From positions 12,479 through 52,478 of the forward strand of contig JBBPCA010000011.1 of NCBI GenBank assembly GCA_038009385.1: a DNA stretch of 40,000 bases, given 5' to 3'. The notes under the pieces are model-generated. The model saw only the letters and a list, made by a program, of their open reading frames with translations, searched no databases and was not told the origin of the DNA. Shown piece by piece: positions 21,148-29,457 of this stretch. Source of the stretch: Hydrogenobacter sp. RSW1 (GTDB lineage Bacteria; Aquificota; Aquificia; Aquificales; Aquificaceae). Every line of letters begins with the position of its first letter. The stretch's first letter is position 1. The position numbers and the translations under genes are program-made.

Positions 21148-22731
21148 TTAAATTATACCCTCTTCTTCATCTTTTAGGAGTTTGTATATCAAGCTGTCCG
21201 TAAGAGCTATCCAAGAAGCTTCTATTATGTTTTCAGAAACACCCACAGTGCCCCACTTCCTTCTTCCGTCTGTAGATTCTATAAGCACCCTTACTTTAGC
21301 AGATGTTCCTTCCGACTCATTAACTATCCTCACTTTGTAGTCTATGAGCTGTACCTCTTTGAGATTAGGATAGAACTCTTCCAAAGCTTTTCTGAGAGAT
21401 CTGTCCAGGGCGCTTACAGGTCCATTGCCAAGCGCTGCTGTGTGCTGCTTTATATCTCCTACATAAAGTCTTACAGTAGCTTCAGATATGGGTAATACAT
21501 CTGTACTTCTTCTTGCTATAAGCACGCGATAGGCATCAAGATCAAAATAGTTTTTGACAAGTCCAAAGTGCCTTTTGCACAGTAGCTCAAAAGATGCCTC
21601 TGCTGCTTCAAAGTGATAGCCTTCTTTTTCAAGCTCCTTTATCCTTTCAACAAGCTTGACGAGTTCTGGAGACTTTTCATCTACCTGAATGCCCATCTCT
21701 TTAAGCTTGTAAAGTATGTTACTCCTGCCAGAAAGGTCTGAAACGGTCACTTTTCTTCTGTTGCCTACCAAGTATGGGTCTATATGTTCGTAAGTTTCTG
21801 ACCTTTTCATCACAGCAGAGGCATGAACACCTGCTTTGTGGGTAAAGGCACTTTCTCCTACATAAGGCATGTTTTTGGGAATAGGTATGTTGGAAACTTC
21901 CGATACAAAGTGGGCAAGTTCCGTTAGTTTTTTGAGATTTTCCGAAGGTATAACCTCAAAACCGAGCTTTAGTTGAAGGTTTGGTATTATGGAGCATAAA
22001 TTGGCATTCCCTGTCCTTTCTCCTATACCGTTTATGGTGCCATGCACCTGTCTTGCTCCTGCCAATACAGCCATCAAAGAGTTGGCAACAGCTGTATCCG
22101 AGTCATTGTGAGCGTGTATACCTATGCGTGCTTGGGGGAAAGATGCCTTAACCACCTTGGTTATCTCGTAAACCTCATTGGGTAGACTTCCTCCGTTTGT
22201 ATCACACAAAACTATCCAATCTGCACCACCTTCAAGAGCAGATTTAAGCACTGACAGTGCATATTCTGGATTGTTTTTGTACCCATCAAAGAAGTGTTCT
22301 GCATCAAAGATCACCTCTTCCACATATTCTTTTAAGTATCTTACTGTTTCGTAAACCATGTCAAGATTCTCTTCAAGGCTTGTTCCCATAGCATGAGTGA
22401 CATGAAAGTCCCAGCTTTTACCAAACACAGTGATGGCTCGCGCGCCAGACCTTAAAAGATTTTCTACTTGCTGATCTTCACGAACTTTCTTCCCAGCTTT
22501 TCTGGTGGACCCAAAAGCTACCACCTTTATGTTTTTGGTTTTTATCTTCTTTAACCTCTCAAAGAGAATGGTGTCTTTGGGATTGGCTCCTGGCCATCCA
22601 CACTCCGCATAATGCACTCCAAACTCATCAAGTTTTTCAAGTATGCGAAGCTTATCTTCTACAGAAAAATTTATACCTTCAGCCTGTGAACCATCCCTTA
22701 AGGTGGTATCGTAAATAAATACTTTTTCCAT
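21148..22731 (-). CDS. cimA: (R)-citramalate synthase (LeuA-related, long form with C-terminal LeuA_dimer domain)
   Basis: [46 protein letters not shown] and [11 protein letters not shown]. 527 aa from ATG 22731 (MEKVFIYD). Citramalate versus 2-isopropylmalate synthase cannot be settled from sequence alone. The track's TTG start at 22767 is itself a -35 hexamer. Confidence 0.82.
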   Translation of the reverse strand: MEKVFIYDTTLRDGSQAEGINFSVEDKLRILEKLDEFGVHYAECGWPGANPKDTILFERLKKIKTKNIKVVAFGSTRKAGKKVREDQQVENLLRSGARAITVFGKSWDFHVTHAMGTSLEENLDMVYETVRYLKEYVEEVIFDAEHFFDGYKNNPEYALSVLKSALEGGADWIVLCDTNGGSLPNEVYEITKVVKASFPQARIGIHAHNDSDTAVANSLMAVLAGARQVHGTINGIGERTGNANLCSIIPNLQLKLGFEVIPSENLKKLTELAHFVSEVSNIPIPKNMPYVGESAFTHKAGVHASAVMKRSETYEHIDPYLVGNRRKVTVSDLSGRSNILYKLKEMGIQVDEKSPELVKLVERIKELEKEGYHFEAAEASFELLCKRHFGLVKNYFDLDAYRVLIARRSTDVLPISEATVRLYVGDIKQHTAALGNGPVSALDRSLRKALEEFYPNLKEVQLIDYKVRIVNESEGTSAKVRVLIESTDGRRKWGTVGVSENIIEASWIALTDSLIYKLLKDEEEGII

Positions 22732-22737
22732 ACCACC

Positions 22738-22767
22738 ATTATAGGAACTTGTCAAGGAAGATGTCAA
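22738..22767 (-). promoter_or_regulatory. Sigma-70-type promoter of cimA: TTGACA-N18-TATAAT, with the -10 only 6 nt from the ATG
   Basis: The minus strand reads TTGACA(22767-22762)-tcttccttgacaagttcc-TATAAT(22743-22738)-ggtggt-ATG(22731). No room for a conventional SD-containing leader. Confidence 0.45.
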
Positions 22768-22888
22768 CTTTTAGCATCCATGGACTGGTTAATGGTTAGG
22801 AGCTAAAAAATTGACATCCTCGGTTATGATCAGTTAAAGGAAAGCAAGAAATTGTAAGAAAAACTAGCTAGAAACAGGAGGAAATAAC

Positions 22889-23923
22889 ATGCAAATATAT
22901 GGGGAAATAACAGGAATAAAGTATAAACCTTTCTTGTGTAACACTCTGGTACAATATGATATTGAAAAGTTTGATAAAGCGTTGTCCAAAAGTGGCAGCT
23001 TTATTCTTGAAATTGATAAAGAAAACAGAATAGCAGTAAGTAGATGGGTGTCACCTAAAAGGACAAGATCTTATCCTTATGCGAGAGTATATGATACTTT
23101 AAGTTTTTCAGGCAGAAAGATCACTATAATCCCTATAATGAAGGATGAAGGTAAAGATGGTGATAGAGACTTTTTACAGTGGGATGCTATATCATTAATG
23201 AGTTTGTTGGGGATTTATGTAATTATAGGCTATTATGTTGAAGCAGTTCGAAATCCAAAGTATGCAAATAAAATTACCAATCAAAAATTTGATACTAACT
23301 ATATAAAAAGCGAAATTAGTAGATTATTGTCATACCAATCCGATGCTTTACACTGGAATCTTGAGCAAATAGATAAAATATATCAAATAGCTAGTTTAGC
23401 TTTTGATTCTTATAATAGAATATCCAAAAATTTAGGAGTAGAAATGCATTCTATGGAAGCTGCTCAGCAAAGAATTGAAGAATTATATAAAGAAAAGGAA
23501 GAATTTATGAAGCTTTCTAGAGAACTATCATATAAAGCTCAAAGAAGAGAAAGCATTACGGTACAACCTAAGGAATCATTGAAGGGTACCAAAGGTTTGA
23601 TTACAATAAAAAACTATATAGGAGGGTATTATTATTTTACATGTGATGAGGTTGAGATTCAAGGTAATGAATTGTATTTGATTGAAGGGAAGCATAGTGC
23701 AAGTGGATATCCCAGCCTCAGTGATGTAAAGGACGGTCTTCTAAAAATGATATTGTATACAAACCTTAAAAAAGTTTATTATAACAATGAGGAATTTATA
23801 CCTATTCCTATACTTAAACTTACGACTAAGGGAGATATTTATGGATTTCCAAATTATTATGACACTCTATTAAAGGAAGCGGAAGAGAATAAATTCAAAG
23901 TTATAATAGAAAGAGTGCAATGA
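22889..23923 (+). CDS. Putative Type II restriction endonuclease (PD-(D/E)xK-like motif in C-terminal third); family not recognised
   Basis: 344-aa ORF with a canonical SD (AGGAGG 7 nt upstream). C-terminal FTCDEVEIQGNELYLIEGKH (23642-23695) fits D-x12-ExK. ATGA overlap with the downstream Dam-class MTase. Very AT-rich. Confidence 0.5.
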   Translation: MQIYGEITGIKYKPFLCNTLVQYDIEKFDKALSKSGSFILEIDKENRIAVSRWVSPKRTRSYPYARVYDTLSFSGRKITIIPIMKDEGKDGDRDFLQWDAISLMSLLGIYVIIGYYVEAVRNPKYANKITNQKFDTNYIKSEISRLLSYQSDALHWNLEQIDKIYQIASLAFDSYNRISKNLGVEMHSMEAAQQRIEELYKEKEEFMKLSRELSYKAQRRESITVQPKESLKGTKGLITIKNYIGGYYYFTCDEVEIQGNELYLIEGKHSASGYPSLSDVKDGLLKMILYTNLKKVYYNNEEFIPIPILKLTTKGDIYGFPNYYDTLLKEAEENKFKVIIERVQ

Positions 23924-24747
23924 ATATAGTGAAAAATGTTCTAAGATATCCGGGAGGTAAATCAAAAGCTGTAGAAAAGATTATAGCTAATATACCAGCT
24001 AATATAAAGGAGTTTAGAGAACCAATGGTTGGTGGCGGTTCAGTTTCTTTAGTGGTAAAACAACTTTTCCCAAATGTAAAGGTAAAAATAAATGATTTGA
24101 ATTATGATTTGATATGCTTTTGGAAAACATTACGGGATAATCCTGATGAGTTAATTAAGGAAGTGAGAAAAATAAAAGAAACTTACAAAGACGGAAGAAA
24201 ACTTTATAATGAATTTACGACTAAAAATGGTGGTAATGAATTTGAAAGGGCGGTCAGGTTTTTTGTGTTAAATAGAATAACTTTTTCTGGGACTGTAGAC
24301 TCGGGAGGATATTCTCAACAAGCTTTTGAAAAAAGGTTCACCAATAGTGCAATTGAAAAGCTAAAAAGAGCGTCTGAGATTATCAAGGACTTCGAGATTA
24401 CTCATGGTGATTATGAAAAACCGCTATTTGAAGATGGAGAGGGCGTATTTATCTTTTTAGACCCTCCCTATTATAGCACAGCAAAATCAAAATTATATGG
24501 TAAAAACGGGAACTTACATTTAAGCTTTGATCATGAAAGATTTGCTGCTAATATGAAAAAATGTAAACATTTGTGGTTGATAACTTACGATGACTGCACA
24601 GAAGTACGAGAGTTATTCAGTTTTGCGTACATATATCCCTGGGAACTCCAGTATGGGATGAATAACTATAAGCGGAAAACTGCGAGGAAAGGCAGAGAAT
24701 TATTTATTACAAACTATAGGATATCGTTCGAAAATTTTAAAATTTAA
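23920..24747 (+). CDS. Dam-class (D12, alpha-group) N6-adenine DNA methyltransferase
   Basis: LRYPGGKSK (motif X), EPMVGGGSV (motif I, FxGxG-like) and IFLDPPYY (motif IV DPPY, ~24468-24479), in alpha order. The target sequence cannot be inferred. Confidence 0.88.
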   Translation: MNIVKNVLRYPGGKSKAVEKIIANIPANIKEFREPMVGGGSVSLVVKQLFPNVKVKINDLNYDLICFWKTLRDNPDELIKEVRKIKETYKDGRKLYNEFTTKNGGNEFERAVRFFVLNRITFSGTVDSGGYSQQAFEKRFTNSAIEKLKRASEIIKDFEITHGDYEKPLFEDGEGVFIFLDPPYYSTAKSKLYGKNGNLHLSFDHERFAANMKKCKHLWLITYDDCTEVRELFSFAYIYPWELQYGMNNYKRKTARKGRELFITNYRISFENFKI

Positions 24748-24796
24748 GATAGTTCGACTCCTTTATTGTCATTTATACCATTACGAAGCTGAAAAG

Positions 24797-25057
24797 TTGA
24801 TATCCTCAAAATCATATGAGAACATAAGAATACCAAACAGCAAATTGATCGAAGGGGATGAGTTGATAGGTAATAGGGGGTATAAGAACTACGAATTTGA
24901 GGATCAGCTAAAGGACGAGAGGATAGAATTCAGACTATCTGAAGGGTGTAATCTTGATGGAAAAGTTAGAGCTGTAAGTTTTAAAGGTTTTGTTTTGAAA
25001 ATCCTTATGGCTATTTTTTCTTATAATATTTCAAGGTTGGTCAAGGCAGAAGCTTAA
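24797..25057 (+). pseudogene. Decayed transposase remnant (C-terminal ~85 aa of an IS4/IS5/IS982-like DDE transposase)
   Basis: LIGNRGY corresponds to the (A/G)D(R/K)GY second-D motif with D replaced by N. The C-terminal SFKGFVLKILMAIFSYNISRL is the typical transposase tail. There is no N-terminal half and the track start is TTG. Confidence 0.6.
24986..25046 (+). repeat. Direct repeat copy 1 (61 bp, transposase 3-prime end)
   Basis: GGTTTTGTTTTGAAAATCCTTATGGCTATTTTTTCTTATAATATTTCAAGGTTGGTCAAGG matches 27531-27591 at 56/61 positions (hand alignment, no gaps). Confidence 0.85.
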
Positions 25058-25162
25058 GCTATTTTAGCTAAAATTTTAAGAATATTAAGCCTTTATTTTT
25101 CTGAAAATTTAGACAAATTTAGGTTAAAATAACAATGTTTATGATGAGGAGGTGAAAAACAG

Positions 25163-26416
25163 TTGACAATTTATGTTGAAAGGTATATGGAGGACCGGGA
25201 GAGAAACTATGTAGAGCACGAAATAATTCTCCGAAAAGCGGTTTTAAAAATCCCAAGTTCTAACTTTGGGGTGTTTTCCCTTTACAAGTATCCTGCAAAG
25301 TTCATCTCACAGGTGCCTGCCTTTGTGATGGAAAACTATGCTAAAAAAGGCATGAAGGTTTTTGACCCCTTTGCGGGCTTTGGAACGGTGGGCTATACTG
25401 CACGGCTTTATGGGCTTGAGTATGAACTCTGGGACTTAAACCCACTGCTTGAATATTTTCACTCCCTTTGTGAGATAGAGCCTAAACCTTTAGACAAAAG
25501 CTTGGTTGATAAAATCAAAGCTCACTCTCAAGAGTTTATTCCAGACTGGTCTAACCTTGAATACTGGCATCCAGTGGAGTTTATTTCACTTCTCTCTAAG
25601 GCTTGGGGCTTCTATCACAAAGATGCGGACGAATACACTAAAAAACTTCTACTAATTCCCCTTCTAAAGCTTACAAAATATTTCTCTTATGCAGACGAAA
25701 AGGTTCACAAACTTTACAAGTCAAAATATGCCAAAGGGAAGGTTGAAAAGCTGTTAAAGGAAGACTACAAAGCACTATTTTATAGCCTACTCGAAAAGGA
25801 ACTTGGAAATTTACAGCAAAAGCTAAAGGAGTATCAAAGCCTGAATCCCAAAAAGGTAAATTGCAAGGTAAAGGCAGGTGTTGATGTTCTGGAGGAGGAC
25901 TTAGAAGAGCCTGTGAATATTCTAATAACTTCTCCACCCTACCTGCAAGCTCAGGAGTACATAAGGACTACAAAGTTAGAACTTTTTTGGCTGGGCTTTA
26001 AAGAGGACTATATCCGTAGCTTAGCAAAGAAAGAAATTCCATACAGAGATGTTCCAAAAGTTGAAATTTTTTCTGATACATACCATACCTACAGAACACT
26101 TATTGAGGAAAAACATTTGCTTGAACTTTATGACAATTACTTTTTTGCAATTCTTTCTGTATTTAAAAAGCTATCCAAGAAAGTGTTGGATTATATGTTT
26201 ATCTTTGTGGGACCGGCAAAAATAAGAGGGCAGAAAGTCCCAATACATCAGGTCGTCATCCAGCACATGGAAGGCAAGGGTGATTGGGTGCATGAAAGAA
26301 CTTACATAGACAAGATCGTATCAAGGGTTATGTTTTCCACAGAAAAGAACCCTGCCACAGGAATAGAAGACCAAAGGATAGATAAAGAGTATTTAGTAGT
26401 TTTGAAAAGGAGATAA
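25163..26416 (+). CDS. DNA methyltransferase (amino-MTase, SPPY catalytic motif; N4-cytosine or N6-adenine) with AdoMet motif N-terminal to the catalytic motif
   Basis: YKYPAKFISQVPAFVMENYAKKGMKVFDPFAGFGTVG (motif X + I, ~residues 41-78) and ILITSPPYLQAQEY (motif IV, 25930-25941). TTG start 7 nt after the strong SD GGAGGTGA. Confidence 0.8.
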   Translation: MTIYVERYMEDRERNYVEHEIILRKAVLKIPSSNFGVFSLYKYPAKFISQVPAFVMENYAKKGMKVFDPFAGFGTVGYTARLYGLEYELWDLNPLLEYFHSLCEIEPKPLDKSLVDKIKAHSQEFIPDWSNLEYWHPVEFISLLSKAWGFYHKDADEYTKKLLLIPLLKLTKYFSYADEKVHKLYKSKYAKGKVEKLLKEDYKALFYSLLEKELGNLQQKLKEYQSLNPKKVNCKVKAGVDVLEEDLEEPVNILITSPPYLQAQEYIRTTKLELFWLGFKEDYIRSLAKKEIPYRDVPKVEIFSDTYHTYRTLIEEKHLLELYDNYFFAILSVFKKLSKKVLDYMFIFVGPAKIRGQKVPIHQVVIQHMEGKGDWVHERTYIDKIVSRVMFSTEKNPATGIEDQRIDKEYLVVLKRR

Positions 26417-26421
26417 GCTGG

Positions 26422-26724
26422 ATGTTCTTAACAAAGGGACATTTAGCTTCTCCCAACAAGTTTAAGGAGTTAGAAGATTTAAGGAACTTTTTGTCTAAGC
26501 TTAAGGCAGATTATAAACTTCCCTTTGACGAAGAAGATTTATCAATGCTTTTACTGTCCGTTCTTAGATGCGATGATATTAGCAGTAGTTATGGCATACT
26601 GAAGAAAAAAGGGAAAAGGAGATATATAGATGAATTAAAAGTAAAAGCGTGGTTAGAGGAAAAGATCCTGAAATTCTTAAGCTACTACTCTTTTCTATTG
26701 AGATCACTTATAGCATGTTTTTAG
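26422..26724 (+). CDS. Hypothetical 100-aa protein
   Basis: ORF starts 5 nt after the MTase stop with AAGGAG upstream. It has a basic patch KKKGKRRY. I recognise no motif, and its coding status is uncertain. Confidence 0.4.
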   Translation: MFLTKGHLASPNKFKELEDLRNFLSKLKADYKLPFDEEDLSMLLLSVLRCDDISSSYGILKKKGKRRYIDELKVKAWLEEKILKFLSYYSFLLRSLIACF

Positions 26725-26744
26725 GAGAGAGTAGGGCTACTCTA

Positions 26745-27359
26745 ATGCAAAAAGGATTTAGGGAAAGAAGAAGGAGCTTTGAAGCTATAGTGGTGGATCA
26801 ATTTGTAGGAAAGCTCGGAGAGGTTGCGGTCAAAAGATTTTTGGAAGATCATTTCAATGTAAATGTAGAGCTGGACTGGGATATTTCTCCGCAAAGGGAA
26901 AGGCACATAAACGATATAAAGAACGCAAATAAACTTATAAGCATAAAAACTTCTCCAAGTTTGGCAGGTATATGGGCTGAGGCGGATAAGGGATACGGTT
27001 ACGGAATAATGGTTAAATGTTCCGTCCCACTCCATCCTCTTCTGCAGTTCTTTATTGAGGTGTGTGGTTTTAGAAATCTCTTAGACTTCGCCAAAGAAAG
27101 GTTAGGTTCAGAAGCCTTCTATGTGGATAGCATTAGAAATAGAATATTTAGCAGTGCGCAATGCGGTCAGATAAAGACAAACTTTGTATGTTATGTTTGT
27201 GGGTATTTTGAAGTTTCGGATGAAAACCTGAGAAAAGAGGGAGAAATACTTGAATATTTGGGAGAAGTAAGAGAAGAAAGGCACTTGGTTAGGATAGATG
27301 AGCTAAAATATACGCAAGATAGCTGGGGAGAGTTTATAAAGTCAGTGGAGCTTTACTAA
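26745..27359 (+). CDS. Putative PD-(D/E)xK-fold nuclease (candidate restriction component)
   Basis: GKLGEVAVKRF...VELDWDI...DIKNANKLISIKTS fits the E / D / (S)xK layout of restriction-endonuclease-like folds. C-terminal Cys cluster CGQIKTNFVCYVC. Start chosen at ATG 26745 (GGAGAGAG upstream); the track ORF starts at 26649 and ATG 26715 is another option. Confidence 0.45.
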   Translation: MQKGFRERRRSFEAIVVDQFVGKLGEVAVKRFLEDHFNVNVELDWDISPQRERHINDIKNANKLISIKTSPSLAGIWAEADKGYGYGIMVKCSVPLHPLLQFFIEVCGFRNLLDFAKERLGSEAFYVDSIRNRIFSSAQCGQIKTNFVCYVCGYFEVSDENLRKEGEILEYLGEVREERHLVRIDELKYTQDSWGEFIKSVELY

Positions 27360-27530
27360 AACCTGCAAGAAAGCTCTATCTTCTATAAAGTGGAGATGAA
27401 TTGTGAAAGATTGAACTATACAGAACTTTTGAAGGGAAGATAAAATGCGATGACGATAGTTTTATTTGTGAGTTTTGGTTAAGACGAGGAAAAAGAGAAA
27501 GCTACAAGAAGGAAGAAAATAGAAACCTTA

Positions 27531-27591
27531 GGGTCTGTTTTGAAAATCTTTATGGCTATTTTTTCTTATAACATTTCAAGGTTGGTGAAGG
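27531..27591 (+). repeat. Direct repeat copy 2 (61 bp solo remnant of the same transposase 3-prime end)
   Basis: GGGTCTGTTTTGAAAATCTTTATGGCTATTTTTTCTTATAACATTTCAAGGTTGGTGAAGG is 56/61 identical to 24986-25046. It abuts the gcvPA stop codon (27599-27601). Confidence 0.85.
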
Positions 27592-27598
27592 TGGCAAC

Positions 27599-28927
27599 TC
27601 AAGTTATTATAATCTCTCTTCTTATGAGCTTGATAAGTTCATCCATCTCTTTTCTTGTTCTTTTCTCTGTAACTGCCACAAGAAGAGTGTCTTTGTAGCC
27701 AAACCTTTCTAAGGGTATCCCAAACAGGTAGCCTTTTTCAAGAAGTTCTCTATAAAGGTTTGAGACTTTATTTTTCCTTATAGGAAACTCCCACAGATGT
27801 TTTCCCATGTATAACTCTTCAAACCCTAAGGAGACAAGCTTGTCTTTTAGATACATAGCCTTTGAAATGCTCTGTTTTGCAACTTCTCTCATACCTTCCT
27901 TTCCTAAAAGGACCATGTAGATGAGGTTTGCAAGAGCCATGAGATTTTGGTTTGTACATATGTTTGATGTGGCCCTTTCTCTTCTTATGTGTTGCTCCCT
28001 TGTCTGAAGCACAAGAGTAAAAGCCCTCTTTCCATCTATATCTTCTCCAAGTCCCACAAGCCTTCCTGGCATCTTCCTTAAGTGTTCTACCTTTACAGCA
28101 AAAAAACCCACATAAGGTCCACCAAAGCTTAAAGGCAGTCCCATCTGTTGCCCTTCACCGACCACTATGTCCGCTCCGTAATCTCCTGGAGGTCTAAGTA
28201 CGGAAAGAGCTATGGGATCTGCGACTACTACAAAGGGTACCTGATAGCTCTTTACTGTTTTTCCTATTTCTTCCAGAGGCTCAACAAAACCTAAAAAGTT
28301 AGGGTACTGCACCGCTACCGCATGAACTTCACCCCTTTTGAGGGAGTCATCCAGGAGTTTAACATCTGTGTATCCGTTTTCTCCAATAGGTATTAAATCT
28401 ACCTCATCCTGATAGCCCAAAAGGTAAGTCTTTACAACTTCCCTGTAGAGGGGGTTTATACCTTCTGAAAGTAGAACTCTACTCCCCTTGCCCTTTATAG
28501 CTCTTGCCATAAGGATGGCAGATGCCAAAGCTGAAGCACCATCGTACATGCTTGCATTGGCTACATCCATACCTGTAAGCTCGCATATGAGTGTTTGGTA
28601 CTCAAAAATAGCTTGAAGTGTACCTTGGGACGCTTCGGCCTGATAGGGCGTGTATGCGGTTAAAAACTCCCCCCTGCTAAGTATCTGCCATACCGCAGAG
28701 GGTATTATCCTGTCGTAAGCTCCAAACCCGGCAAAACACACAAGCTCCCTGTTTCCTTTGGATAGCTCCTTAAAATACCTCCTTACTTCTTCTTCAGTCA
28801 TAGGCGGTTCTAAGTTGGGGGATTCTAAAAGATGAGGGTCTATATGGGAGAAAAGATCATCTAAGGATGAAAGTCCAAGTTGTTCTAAGGCTCTCTGCAG
28901 GTCATCCTGCGAGTGGGGTATGTACAT
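27599..28927 (-). CDS. gcvPA: Glycine dehydrogenase (decarboxylating), subunit 1
   Basis: FLGAG-type region CFAGFGAYD, TAYTPYQAEASQGTLQAIFEYQT and DVANASMYDGASA. 442 aa. Confidence 0.92.
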   Translation of the reverse strand: MYIPHSQDDLQRALEQLGLSSLDDLFSHIDPHLLESPNLEPPMTEEEVRRYFKELSKGNRELVCFAGFGAYDRIIPSAVWQILSRGEFLTAYTPYQAEASQGTLQAIFEYQTLICELTGMDVANASMYDGASALASAILMARAIKGKGSRVLLSEGINPLYREVVKTYLLGYQDEVDLIPIGENGYTDVKLLDDSLKRGEVHAVAVQYPNFLGFVEPLEEIGKTVKSYQVPFVVVADPIALSVLRPPGDYGADIVVGEGQQMGLPLSFGGPYVGFFAVKVEHLRKMPGRLVGLGEDIDGKRAFTLVLQTREQHIRRERATSNICTNQNLMALANLIYMVLLGKEGMREVAKQSISKAMYLKDKLVSLGFEELYMGKHLWEFPIRKNKVSNLYRELLEKGYLFGIPLERFGYKDTLLVAVTEKRTRKEMDELIKLIRREIIIT

Positions 28928-29457
28928 TACCTTTCCTTCTCTTCGTAAGGATGTTCCTCTTCAGGGAGCGCTTCAAGGGATTCTTCTATGGTAGGAGTTA
29001 TTTCTTCTTCTGGTATCTCAAGGGATATATTCTCTCCCTTTTCCTCTTTTACTATCTCAACAAGCAGCTCAGCATAATCCTGCGCAGGCATAAGGTCTTC
29101 CACCTCCATAGGGTCGGAAAGCTCAAGCACCGCTATCCATCCATCATCGTATGGTGATTCGTTTATAAGGTGTGGCTCATCTGAAAGTTGTTCGTTAACT
29201 TCCACAACCGTGCCAGACAGGGGTGAGTATACGGGTGCCACATTTTTAACAGATTCTATGTTAGCAATGGTGTCCGCACTCTCAAAGCTTTGTCCTACAG
29301 AGGGCAGGTCTACATAGACTATGTCCCCCAGTTCCTTCTGGGCATAGTCCGTTATACCTATCCATGCCTTGTTTCCTTTAATGAGAGCCCATTCGTGGTC
29401 TTTGGTGTAATACCTGTCTGTTCTTACCGTATACTTTCCAACAGTTATCTCATCCAT
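28927..29457 (-). CDS. gcvH: Glycine cleavage system H protein with ~45-aa acidic C-terminal extension
   Basis: YTKDHEWA, ITDYAQKELGDIVYVDLP and the lipoyl-lysine motif IESVKNVAPVYSPLSG. 176 aa versus ~125-130 for a typical GcvH. The tail is EEKGENISLEIPEEEITPTIEESLEALPEEEHPYEEKER. Confidence 0.9.
   Translation of the reverse strand: MDEITVGKYTVRTDRYYTKDHEWALIKGNKAWIGITDYAQKELGDIVYVDLPSVGQSFESADTIANIESVKNVAPVYSPLSGTVVEVNEQLSDEPHLINESPYDDGWIAVLELSDPMEVEDLMPAQDYAELLVEIVKEEKGENISLEIPEEEITPTIEESLEALPEEEHPYEEKER

Noticed and set aside
22802-22821. 20-nt similarity (17/20) between GCTAAAAAATTGACATCCTC at the left edge of the island and GCTGAAAAGTTGATATCCTC (24788-24807) at the start of the transposase relic, possibly a third IS fragment
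   Set aside because: By rough estimate, a 17/20 match in AT-rich sequence is expected many times by chance in a 40-kb window, and the similarity does not extend on either side.
26422-27359. Possibility that the 100-aa ORF and the nuclease-like ORF are one gene split by a frameshift (they overlap at 26649-26724 in different frames)
   Set aside because: A stop (26722-26724), a GGAGAGAG SD-like element and ATG 26745 give a clean two-gene reading. I cannot exclude a frameshift without homologues, so it stays as a caveat rather than a call.
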